Assembly (NCBI GenBank): GCA_035480415.1
Contig: DATIHT010000093.1
Span: 1-48,598, forward strand
From: Candidatus Saccharimonadales bacterium
GTDB taxonomy: Bacteria; Patescibacteriota; Microgenomatia; Curtissbacterales; GWA2-41-24
Length of the DNA: 48,598 nt
Direction of reading: 5' to 3'
Part shown: positions 31,357 to 39,793 of the stretch, piece by piece
Position numbering within the stretch: position 1 is the stretch's first letter
Layout: each line of letters begins with the position of its first letter
Notes under the pieces: model-generated
Database searches by the model: none
Told to the model about the DNA's origin: nothing
The model's input: the letters and a program-made list of their open reading frames with translations, nothing else
Translations under genes and position numbers: made by a program

Positions 31357-32697
31357 ATGAAGCTTACTTTCCTTGGTGCAACTCGCGAAGTAACAGGTTC
31401 CAATACTCTTTTTGAAACATCCGGCAAGAAAATTCTTTTTGAATGCGGACTTTTCCAGGGAATTAAACTCGCAGAAGAGAGAAACTACGCACCATTTGCA
31501 TACGACCCCAAAACCATCGACTTTCTACTAATCGGCCATGCACACCTAGACCACGTTGGCAGAATTCCAAAGTTAGTTAAGGAGGGATTCAGGGGAAGAA
31601 TATTTTCCACAGCCCCATCAAAAGAAATCGCAAGACTGGTTTTGGAAGACAGTTTTAAACTGATGCGCGAAGAGGCCAACAGAGAAGATAAGCCACTTTT
31701 GTATTACGAAGAAGACATAACAGCTTCCATGAATCTTTTTGAAACGATAGGCTTCGACGAAGAGCTGGAAATTACCAACGGAATAAAAATAACCTTTAAA
31801 AATTCGGGGCATATTCTAGGTTCTGCCAGTATCGTCGTTAAATCGGAAAATAAAACCTTATTTTATTCAAGTGACATTGGCAATTCACCTTCTGTCCTCC
31901 TGGATGATCACCAAACAGTCGAATCGGCAGACTACGTTATTTGCGAATCCACGTATGGCGGCCGGGTTCATGAAGATATCGGCAGAAGGAGCGAAAAACT
32001 AGGCGAGATTATAAACGCCACAATAGAAAAAAACGGAGTATTGATAATCCCTACCTTTGCAATAGAAAGAACACAGGAATTGCTTTCCGACATTGAACAT
32101 TTCTGCAAAAACGCAAGTTGCGCCCTGCCTACTTTTTATCTGGACAGCCCGCTTGGCCAAAAAGTAACAGAAGTTTTTCAAAAATACCCCCAATTTCTTA
32201 AAAAAGAAATCCAAAGTGTAAATTTGCAAGAATTCCTTGGTCTAAGCAGGGTAAAAATGACAGCAACCTCCGAGCAATCCAAAGAAATAGAATTTGCACA
32301 AAACCCCAAAATAATCATGGCCGGCTCGGGAATGATGAACGGCGGCCGCATCTTATTTCACCTGCAAAATTACATCGAAGACCCTAACAATACTTTGCTT
32401 ATCGTTGGTTACCAGGCCCAGGGTACTCTGGGCAGAAGGCTTTTGGAAGGCGAGGAAGAAATCAAAATTTTTGGCAAAAGTTACCAGGTTGGGGCAAAAG
32501 TAATGGCAATAGGTTCCTACAGTGCCCACGCCGATGCTCCGCAACTTTTAAAATGGCTTCAGTCTATTAAAAACGTAAAAAAGGTTTTTCTGGTCCACGG
32601 CGAAAGTTCTCAAATGATGGACCTGGCAAAATCTGTTGAGGAAAAATTGAATCTGGAAACCGCAATGCCTCAACAAGGCGAAGAATACGAGTTATAG
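31357..32697 (+). CDS. MBL-fold beta-CASP RNA-metabolising nuclease
   Basis: LIGHAHLDHVGRIP (HxHxDH), with beta-CASP and C-terminal RNA-specificity regions (SAHAD near the C-terminus). Confidence 0.8.
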   Translation: MKLTFLGATREVTGSNTLFETSGKKILFECGLFQGIKLAEERNYAPFAYDPKTIDFLLIGHAHLDHVGRIPKLVKEGFRGRIFSTAPSKEIARLVLEDSFKLMREEANREDKPLLYYEEDITASMNLFETIGFDEELEITNGIKITFKNSGHILGSASIVVKSENKTLFYSSDIGNSPSVLLDDHQTVESADYVICESTYGGRVHEDIGRRSEKLGEIINATIEKNGVLIIPTFAIERTQELLSDIEHFCKNASCALPTFYLDSPLGQKVTEVFQKYPQFLKKEIQSVNLQEFLGLSRVKMTATSEQSKEIEFAQNPKIIMAGSGMMNGGRILFHLQNYIEDPNNTLLIVGYQAQGTLGRRLLEGEEEIKIFGKSYQVGAKVMAIGSYSAHADAPQLLKWLQSIKNVKKVFLVHGESSQMMDLAKSVEEKLNLETAMPQQGEEYEL

Positions 32698-32827
32698 GAA
32701 ATTGGTTGTTCGGAAATTGGAAATTAGTAATGGAAAATTGATATTGGAAATTATTTTTTAAACGGATTTCATTTTTCTAGTTTCTATTACAAATTTCTAT
32801 TTTCCAAATAACTATTTTCTAATAAAT
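32698..32827 (-). repeat. ORF-less palindromic spacer element (family E, inverted orientation)
   Basis: 32786-32804 is the exact reverse complement of 8056-8074 (19 nt). ATTAGTAATGGAAAAT is the reverse complement of the 3' arm of 8049-8172. Confidence 0.65.
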
Positions 32828-34522
32828 TTATTTTGAAAAAGTAATCTGGTGCACTAGGGGTTTACTACTTCTTATCATAAATTTTTGGGCATATTGCTTA
32901 GTTACGTTTAGCTTTTTATGAGGGTTAAAAATATCCATAGGATCAAAAGCTCGTTTTATTTCTTCAAATATTTCATAAATCTTTTCTCCAAATTGGCGCT
33001 TTAAATAGGGAGCACGCACCAGGCCATCGTTATGTTCACCCGAATCCGAACCGTTATAATGCCACACAAGTTCAAAAACTTTGTCCATCATTTCGTAAAT
33101 TTTTTCGCTAACACCTTTTTTTTCCATTTCTACAAGTGGAATTATGTGAAAGTTACCATTGCCTATATGCCCTGCAACCGTATACATAAGCTTGGAATCA
33201 TTTAAAAGTTTGTACAATTTCGGAAAAAACTCCGGCAGCTTTTCGACCGAAACTACAATGTCGTCTATAAAAGGTGCAGCATATTTCCCTTTAACCTGAG
33301 ATTTCAAAAGGCCAAAGCTTTCTCTCCTCATTGCCCAATATTTTTCCCGCTCCAACTCGTTGTGCGTTGTATAAGTTTCCAAATTATCAAACTTTTTTAA
33401 CTCTTCTGCTAGCTTGCTCAGATTCTTGCGGATATTTTCAACATCGTCATCTTCGTATTCCACAAGGAGCGTAAGTTCGGGTGTACCGTCCTTTTCCCTT
33501 CTGGCAAATTCAGGATGAAACACACGTATTGTTTCGTCTTCGGAAAGCTTTAAGATTCTAGAAAAACCTGTCACATATTTAAGTGCCAGATCAAAAGTGT
33601 AGTGGTCGAAAGATTCAAAACAATCCGGTTTATGCCACAAAACAGTATCTACAATTTCCGGCAGGTGATCGTAATTCTGCATAAATGCCATAAGAATACC
33701 GGCGTGTTTTTTCGCCTTTATAAGCCCAAAGGTGACTTCTGTAATAATGCCAAGTGTTCCCTGCGACCCAACGAAAAGCTTGGGCGCATCAAAATGTTCG
33801 CCATCCCAAACATCCCAAATTGTGTAACCGGCGGAATTTTTGGAAACCTTTGGCCGAAACTTCTGGACAGTTTCATGATTTTCCAGCAAAATAGCAGAAA
33901 CTTCTTTGTAAATTCTGGCAAGCGCGTCGTCTTTTTTTATTCTTTGCTCAAGTTCGTGTTTGGTAAGTTTTTTAACCTCGTACTCTTCGCCGTCGAAAAG
34001 TACTACCTTTAGCTTTTCCACATACCTGTCTGTTTTTCCGTACTGCAAAGATTTTTCGCCACCAGCATTGTTTGCAACCATCCCGCCAACGGTACAAAGT
34101 CTTTTGGAAGAAGTGTAGGGCGGCAGGAGCAAATCGTGCTTATCAAGTTCTTTTTCTAAGTCACGGTAAAAAAGACCAGGCTGACAAACAACTTCTTGTT
34201 CGCGGATATGCAACCCTACAAGCTTATTCATATGCTCGCATGTAGAAACAATCACAGAATCGTTAAGAGTTCCGCCGCTCATGCAAGTACCGGCGGCACG
34301 CGCAGTTAAGGAAAGTCCGCCAGTTTTGTTTACAAACTTAACAAGTGCTTTGATATCACCTGCATCTTTAGGGAAAACAACCACTTTTGGTTTTATCTGG
34401 AAAATACTGGCATCTCTGGAAAATTGCATAAGAACATCAGGCTCCACAGAAACTTCTCCGCGAAATCCGGCGTTTTTAATTTGATCAGGCAGTTTCGAAA
34501 TCATAAATTTACCATTTTCCAA
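32828..34522 (-). CDS. FAD-linked oxidase (GlcD / D-lactate dehydrogenase-like)
   Basis: FAD_binding_4-type N-terminus (PKVVVFPKDAGDIKALVKF...ARAAGTCMSGG) and C-terminal oxidase domain. The start is TTG 34522 or ATG 34504. Confidence 0.8.
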   Translation of the reverse strand: MENGKFMISKLPDQIKNAGFRGEVSVEPDVLMQFSRDASIFQIKPKVVVFPKDAGDIKALVKFVNKTGGLSLTARAAGTCMSGGTLNDSVIVSTCEHMNKLVGLHIREQEVVCQPGLFYRDLEKELDKHDLLLPPYTSSKRLCTVGGMVANNAGGEKSLQYGKTDRYVEKLKVVLFDGEEYEVKKLTKHELEQRIKKDDALARIYKEVSAILLENHETVQKFRPKVSKNSAGYTIWDVWDGEHFDAPKLFVGSQGTLGIITEVTFGLIKAKKHAGILMAFMQNYDHLPEIVDTVLWHKPDCFESFDHYTFDLALKYVTGFSRILKLSEDETIRVFHPEFARREKDGTPELTLLVEYEDDDVENIRKNLSKLAEELKKFDNLETYTTHNELEREKYWAMRRESFGLLKSQVKGKYAAPFIDDIVVSVEKLPEFFPKLYKLLNDSKLMYTVAGHIGNGNFHIIPLVEMEKKGVSEKIYEMMDKVFELVWHYNGSDSGEHNDGLVRAPYLKRQFGEKIYEIFEEIKRAFDPMDIFNPHKKLNVTKQYAQKFMIRSSKPLVHQITFSK

Positions 34523-34613
34523 TTTCCATTTGCCATTTATTTTCCATTTTTAAATTTCTAAATTGATAAATTATTAAATCAATGGAAGATGATAAATGGA
34601 CAATGGAAAATAT
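34523..34613. repeat. diverged family-E-like palindromic spacer
   Basis: CCATTTGCCATTTAT pairs with ATAAATGGACAATGG. Shares the words GGAAATTGGAAA and ATGGAAAAT (reverse complement) with 32698-32827. Confidence 0.45.
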
Positions 34614-35597
34614 TCATCTTGCAACTACTTTCCTTACGGCATTAACAATCGCGTCATCATCCATACCATATTTTTTAATAAGTTCCACAGGCTTACCCGA
34701 TTCTGCAAAAGTGTCCTGTAGGCCGATAAATTCCATAGGAACAGGCATAGTTCTTGCAAAAAATTCCGAAAGAGCTCCTCCAAGACCACCCATTATTTGG
34801 TGGTCTTCTACAACAACGGCATGTTTACTTTTAGAAACTGCAGACAAAATTCCCTGTTCGTCCAAAGGTTTAATAGAAGCAATATTTACAACATTTACGT
34901 CCACTTTTTGCGAAGCAAGTTTATTTGCAGCCAAAAGAGCATAGTAGAGCATGTGGCCTGTTGCAAAAATCGTCGCAACGGGTGAATTTGCCTGCCAAAA
35001 TTCCTGCGCCTGGCCTAAAAACGGAGTTTTTGCAGTTGTTATTTGTGGCGTCTTGTCTCTGGTAAAACGCAGATAAACCGGCCCGTTAATAAGAGAAGAT
35101 GCAACAGTTGCCCTTTCTGCTTCCAAACTATCACAGGGAACCAAAACGGTAACACCGGGCCAACACCTTACAATCGCAATGTCCTCTGTAGCTTGATGGG
35201 TAGCACCGTCCGGACCCGTAACAATTCCGCTATGATGACCGGCAATTTTTACATTTGCCTCGTTGTAAACAATTGTCGTTCTAATAGTTTCCCAATTTTT
35301 ACCTGGCGAAAATGTGGCATAGGAGGAAATAAAAGGAACTTTACCCGAAACAGCCAAGCCAGAAGCAATAGCCGCCATATTTTGTTCCGCAACACCGCAT
35401 TCAAAAAATCTTTCCGGGTACGCCTTTGCAAAAGCTTCGCATCTGGTCGATTCCATCAAATCAGCAGACAAAACAACCACATCGCGATTAGTTTTGCCAA
35501 GATCAACAAGCGCGTCTCCAAAACCATCCCTCGTTGGCTTTTGTTCAACGTCCGCGTCGAATATTTTCGGATTTAAAAATAAGCTAGGGTTTAACAT
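34614..35597 (-). CDS. tkt: transketolase, C-terminal (pyrimidine-binding) subunit
   Basis: FECGVAEQNM, GPDGATHQ. 327 aa, matching split-transketolase B chains. Confidence 0.9.
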   Translation of the reverse strand: MLNPSLFLNPKIFDADVEQKPTRDGFGDALVDLGKTNRDVVVLSADLMESTRCEAFAKAYPERFFECGVAEQNMAAIASGLAVSGKVPFISSYATFSPGKNWETIRTTIVYNEANVKIAGHHSGIVTGPDGATHQATEDIAIVRCWPGVTVLVPCDSLEAERATVASSLINGPVYLRFTRDKTPQITTAKTPFLGQAQEFWQANSPVATIFATGHMLYYALLAANKLASQKVDVNVVNIASIKPLDEQGILSAVSKSKHAVVVEDHQIMGGLGGALSEFFARTMPVPMEFIGLQDTFAESGKPVELIKKYGMDDDAIVNAVRKVVAR

Positions 35598-35709
35598 ACT
35601 AAATTTTTAATTTACAATTTTTAATTTTTAATCAATTTACAATAAATTAATTTTTAAAATTTAAACATTTAGATTTCAATTAAAATTTCAAATTTAAAAT
35701 TTAAAATTA
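35598..35709 (+). repeat. very AT-rich spacer element (family F) between the two transketolase halves
   Basis: See 14786-14899. Includes the identical 16-mer ACATTTAGATTTCAAT. Confidence 0.6.
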
Positions 35710-36573
35710 TTACTGATGCTCACTCACAATCTTTCCCTGCAATGTTCTAAGCTCTGCAAGCGCTTTTTTGGCCTCTTCGGCATTTGGCGGTTTGCCATGC
35801 CAAATGTAATCCTTTTCCATAAAAGAAACCCCTTTTCCGGGAATTGTGTGTGCAACAATAACCGTCGGTTTTTCATAAATGCTTTCAGCTTCCCTGCAAG
35901 CATCCACAAAAGCCCGAATGTTATGACCATCAACTTCCAAAACCTCCCAACCAAATGCCTGATATTTGGAAACAAAAGGTTCAAGCGGCATCACATTTTC
36001 TGTAAAACCGTCTATTTGAATATTGTTCCGATCAACAACCACAGTAAGATTGTTAAGTTTATATTTTGCAGCAAGCATAATAGCTTCCCAAGTGTTACCT
36101 TCCTGATGCTCACCGTCGGAAGTTAAGCAATATGTTCTGAATTTTGCCCCGTTCAACTTGGCAGCAAGACAAATACCAATAGACTGAGATATTCCTTCAC
36201 CAAGAGGGCCTGAAGTTGTTTCCAAACCGGGCAGGGCAGTCCTATGGGGGTGCCCCTGAAGACGCGAGTCTATTTTTCTTAGGGTCTTAAGCTCGGTAGT
36301 TGGAAAATAACCAGCCATTGCCATAGTTACATAGCGAATAGGGCATATATGACCGTTTGAAAGTATTAACCTGTCTCGTTCAGGTAAGTCTGGTTTTTTT
36401 GGGTCGTGGTTTAGAATATGGAAATAAAGTGCAGTAAAAATATCTGCCATCCCCAAAGGTCCGGCGCTGTGGCCGGAGCCAGCCTCCAGAAGCATTTCAA
36501 TTACCAATTGACGCGCAAAATTAGCCTTTTGGTCTAAATCTATGAGTTTGTCGTCGAGCAGTTCGGCAATCAT
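35710..36573 (-). CDS. tkt: transketolase, N-terminal (thiamine-diphosphate-binding) subunit
   Basis: GSGHSAGPLGMADI, SNGH, GDGEHQEGNTWEA. Confidence 0.9.
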   Translation of the reverse strand: MIAELLDDKLIDLDQKANFARQLVIEMLLEAGSGHSAGPLGMADIFTALYFHILNHDPKKPDLPERDRLILSNGHICPIRYVTMAMAGYFPTTELKTLRKIDSRLQGHPHRTALPGLETTSGPLGEGISQSIGICLAAKLNGAKFRTYCLTSDGEHQEGNTWEAIMLAAKYKLNNLTVVVDRNNIQIDGFTENVMPLEPFVSKYQAFGWEVLEVDGHNIRAFVDACREAESIYEKPTVIVAHTIPGKGVSFMEKDYIWHGKPPNAEEAKKALAELRTLQGKIVSEHQ

Positions 36574-36577
36574 TTGG

Positions 36578-37855
36578 TTATTTTTTGAAAACGATCATAA
36601 GATCGGAAACATTGGAAGGAAGTCTACCTGTAAGTATAGCATCGCCCACCTTTTTGAAAAAAGGAAACGTGTTGTCGTCTTTTAAATATTGTTCAATATC
36701 CAAACCAAGTTTTTTTGCATGCTCAACAGTTAACGCATCACCAATTGCACCGGCAGCTTCGCTATTGTCCCAGCCGTCCGAATCAAAAGAACAAACAACT
36801 GTGGCGTCAACCAAATTTTTCAAACTTGCCAAGACTAACTGCTGGTTTCTGCCTCCCGAACCATGACCAGTGATTTTAAGCTCCGTTTCACCGCCGCATA
36901 GCAAAATTGTTCCAACGGCAGCACTGCGGACCAAATCCGAACCGGCAAGATCTGCATTTCCAGCAAAATTTTCCGAAAAGATTACAGCTTCCAATCCTAG
37001 TTCTTCTGCGCGTTTTTGCATAGCCAAAAGAGCTGTCTCGTTAGAAATAACAAGAATATTTTTAATTTTCTCAAAATACTGTGAATCCTTCGGGGTTTCT
37101 ACCAAATCATTAAGCAAAAAAGGCAACGCGTCTGAAAGATGTCTTTTGTCTATAACCCCTTTTGCATCTGCAACTGTAGTTGAGTCCACAACAGTGGGCC
37201 CGGAAGCAATTGTAGAAAGATCGTTACCCGGAACATCTGAAAAAACCAGGTTTAAAATCGTAGCGGGAAAAAGGATTTTGGCAAGTCCGCCTCCTTTTAC
37301 AACATCAATGTGCTTACGCACAACATTCATTTCTGCAATATTGGCACCGCTTCTCAAAAGCGCTTTGTTTACATCAATTAGTTGTTCCAGGTTAATCTGG
37401 TGCGGTGCGGCAAACATTACCGAACCGCCGCCGCAGGTAACAACAAGCACCAAATCCGAAGCCGTAAGACCCGTTAATTTTGCAATTACCTTTTTTGTGA
37501 ATTCCAGATTTTCGGCAGACGGTAGTGGGTGAGTACCCAGAGTAAACTCTATTTTCTTAAAGCTGGCACCGGTTGTATCAATTACCCAACCAGCAGTAAG
37601 CTTGTTGCCAATAATTCCCTCTATAATTGCAGCATTTTGCGCAGAACCTTTACCAAAACCTAAAATGTAAACGTTTTTAAATTCCTCGAGATCAATTTCG
37701 ACATTGTCAATCTTAAGCAAATTTTCCCGGCAGGAAATCTTCTTTTTTATTACCAATTCCGGCTGAATAGCAGCAAGACCGGCCTCTACCAAATCCAAAA
37801 CCACTTTACGCTCCGGCGATCTCGCAAGTTCCTTGTAATTTTTAATATATCCCAT
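36578..37855 (-). CDS. glycerate kinase (DUF4147/MOFRL family)
   Basis: ILGFGKGSA, CGGGSV and the C-terminal MOFRL-like GGETELKITG..GGRNQ. ATG 37855 is preferred; the track's upstream extension to 37906 translates hairpin copy B. Confidence 0.8.
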   Translation of the reverse strand: MGYIKNYKELARSPERKVVLDLVEAGLAAIQPELVIKKKISCRENLLKIDNVEIDLEEFKNVYILGFGKGSAQNAAIIEGIIGNKLTAGWVIDTTGASFKKIEFTLGTHPLPSAENLEFTKKVIAKLTGLTASDLVLVVTCGGGSVMFAAPHQINLEQLIDVNKALLRSGANIAEMNVVRKHIDVVKGGGLAKILFPATILNLVFSDVPGNDLSTIASGPTVVDSTTVADAKGVIDKRHLSDALPFLLNDLVETPKDSQYFEKIKNILVISNETALLAMQKRAEELGLEAVIFSENFAGNADLAGSDLVRSAAVGTILLCGGETELKITGHGSGGRNQQLVLASLKNLVDATVVCSFDSDGWDNSEAAGAIGDALTVEHAKKLGLDIEQYLKDDNTFPFFKKVGDAILTGRLPSNVSDLMIVFKK

Positions 37856-37890
37856 GCCTACCTCAATAGTACTACGTCCGAGCCTAAGAA

Positions 37891-37934
37891 ATCGAGGAAC
37901 GACCAAACGCTCCGCGTCAAGGTCGCACCTCGAT
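37891..37934 (+). promoter_or_regulatory. AA/CA-loop hairpin, copy B
   Basis: ATCGAGG-AA-CGACC-(16-nt loop)-GGTCG-CA-CCTCGAT. The outer stem differs from copy A by compensatory changes. Confidence 0.55.
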
Positions 37935-37943
37935 CTTAGCTCT

Positions 37944-37979
37944 TGATACCTTTGATACTTTTGATACTTTTGGTACCCT
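37944..37979 (+). repeat. TGATAC x3 plus TGGTAC tandem array, 9-nt period; the last unit TGgTACCCT is 6 nt from the ATG
   Basis: Units at 37944, 37953, 37962 and 37971. ATG at 37986. Confidence 0.85.
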
Positions 37980-37985
37980 TAGATT

Positions 37986-38624
37986 ATGGCTTTGATCATT
38001 CCCGGCATACTTACAGACAAAGAAGAAGAATATAAATCGCGCTTGCAAAAGGCAGATCACGCCGCACCCTTAATTCAAATAGATTTAGTAGACGGAAAAT
38101 TTGCCAACAGCACAACAGTAGGTGCAGGCGTAATAAAAAAATACCCAACCAAAAATCCACTGGAAATTCAACTCATGGTTGTCGACCCCATAAATTACAT
38201 AGACGATCTATCAAAGTTGGAATTTGTAACAAAAATTATTTTCCCTTACGAAATCGACGGTGATGTGCTGGAAGTTGCCTATCTTATTAGAAGACTGGGT
38301 AAATCTGTAGGTTTGTCCCTAAACCCAACAACGCCTGTACAAGATGTTCTCCACTATTTCGACGACATCGACATGCTTCTTTTAATGACAGGTAATCCAG
38401 GATTCTCTGGTCAGAAACTGGGCACGGAGACTTACCAAAGAATCAAAGACGCAAAAAAAATAAACGACTCATTGCCAGTAGAAATCGATATTGGAGTAAA
38501 CTTTAAAAATGCAAAGAAATTAGCAGATGCCGGCGCAGATTTTCTGGTTTCCTCGTCTGCCCTTTACAACGAACCTGATTTTTCAGTGGCCTACGAGAAG
38601 ATGCAAAAAATTGTCAATAATTAA
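37986..38624 (+). CDS. rpe: ribulose-phosphate 3-epimerase-like protein
   Basis: IQIDLVDGKF and LLLMTGNPGFSGQK match Rpe motifs (hVDvMDG.F, vm.V.PGfgGQ.f). The N-terminus is divergent. Confidence 0.65.
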   Translation: MALIIPGILTDKEEEYKSRLQKADHAAPLIQIDLVDGKFANSTTVGAGVIKKYPTKNPLEIQLMVVDPINYIDDLSKLEFVTKIIFPYEIDGDVLEVAYLIRRLGKSVGLSLNPTTPVQDVLHYFDDIDMLLLMTGNPGFSGQKLGTETYQRIKDAKKINDSLPVEIDIGVNFKNAKKLADAGADFLVSSSALYNEPDFSVAYEKMQKIVNN

Positions 38625-38637
38625 CGTTTATTTTTGT

Positions 38638-39015
38638 CTAGTGGTGTTCGGCTCCATCATTGAAACCATGGATTAGACCACTTCTTACGGGGACAAAACC
38701 CGCATTAGAATAAGGATTACCACTCGTTTCGCCGTCTTCGTAAGGTTGTCCATATTCTATATAAACCGCCATGTAACCACCCTCATCGACTGTGAACTCT
38801 AACCAGGTTGTTCCTGCAAGTTCCAATGCATGCTCTTCGGCCTGTTTCCTTCCTGCACGTGTATGTGGATACAACTCTCCTGTAACATGAGGTGGATCAG
38901 ACGCATTATTCTTTGTTATCACAGCATGATGAAACCTGGCTCTATCAGTTCCAGTCATAAAGTCTAATCGCTCTTTCATGTGCAGAATTTTAACACCATC
39001 CAGTAAATTTTTCAT
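38638..39015 (-). CDS. hypothetical protein (125 aa)
   Basis: Clean ORF. TAATTT (rc 39025-39030) lies 9 nt upstream of the ATG. No motif recognised. Confidence 0.45.
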   Translation of the reverse strand: MKNLLDGVKILHMKERLDFMTGTDRARFHHAVITKNNASDPPHVTGELYPHTRAGRKQAEEHALELAGTTWLEFTVDEGGYMAVYIEYGQPYEDGETSGNPYSNAGFVPVRSGLIHGFNDGAEHH

Positions 39016-39056
39016 ACAAGTTAGAAATTAACCTGGTAATCGTCTACAATAAATTA

Positions 39057-39656
39057 ATGCCCAAAATCCAAAAAGTTACATTCTTAGGATACGCAGATGC
39101 CAAAGAAGCAGACGACCCGTTTAAGGCCGCATTCGAAGTTGCCAAATTGTGCGCCGAAAAAGGATTAACAGTGGTAAATGGCGGAGGGCCCGGAGTCATG
39201 AAGGCATCCACACTTGGTGCTCATGAAGGTGGCGGCAAAGCAATAGGCATTACTTTTTACCCTGCAGACATTCCTGTTTTTGAAGGCCGTGATGAATCAA
39301 ACAACGTTGACGAGCTAATAGTTTGCGACAATTATCTGGAAAGAACCCTCAAACTTCTGGAAGTTGGTCACGTTCATGTCATTTTCAATGGAGGCACGGG
39401 TACAATTTCCGAATTTGGCATGGCATGGGGTCTTGCAAGACTTTACTTTGGACACCACAAACCCCTAATTCTTTATGGAGATTTTTGGCAAGAGATAATT
39501 TTTGCCTTCACAAAAGGCATGTATATAAGACCGGAAGAAAGACTCGTTTTCCAAATCGTCAACAAGCCCCATATGGTAATAGAAGCGATAAGCGAGTTTG
39601 AAAAAATGATAGACAAGCAAAAACATGAACACGTAGGACCGGTATTTTCGATATGA
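39057..39656 (+). CDS. LOG-family (TIGR00730-type) Rossmann-fold protein
   Basis: GGGPGVMKA and NGGTGTISEF (PGGxGTxxE-like) motifs. TACAAT (39045-39050) lies 6 nt upstream of the ATG. Confidence 0.75.
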   Translation: MPKIQKVTFLGYADAKEADDPFKAAFEVAKLCAEKGLTVVNGGGPGVMKASTLGAHEGGGKAIGITFYPADIPVFEGRDESNNVDELIVCDNYLERTLKLLEVGHVHVIFNGGTGTISEFGMAWGLARLYFGHHKPLILYGDFWQEIIFAFTKGMYIRPEERLVFQIVNKPHMVIEAISEFEKMIDKQKHEHVGPVFSI

Positions 39657-39793
39657 AACTAGAAATTGGTTGTGTAGAAAATAGAAATTTGTAATTGAAG
39701 TTAGAAATTAGAAATTGGAAGAAGACTATTTCTAAACTTCCATTTTCTGTTACTAATATCCAATTTCTAAATAACTAATTTCAAGATTATAAA
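39657..39793 (+). repeat. ORF-less palindromic spacer element (family E)
   Basis: TAGAAATTGG (39660-39669) pairs with CCAATTTCTA (39760-39769). Shares 24-nt and 29/30-nt blocks with 8049-8172. Confidence 0.7.

Noticed and set aside
35043-36126. Plus-strand ORFs of 177 aa and 136 aa overlapping the transketolase subunit genes.
   Set aside because: They lie antisense to genes with unambiguous transketolase motifs. Their composition (Arg/Asn/Phe/Cys-rich) is typical of the reverse frames of AT-rich genes.
36585-37532. Two long plus-strand ORFs (93 and 220 aa) inside the glycerate kinase gene.
   Set aside because: They are antisense shadows of a well-supported minus-strand gene. Their products are Ser/Pro/Thr-rich low-complexity sequence with no motifs and no promoter or SD.
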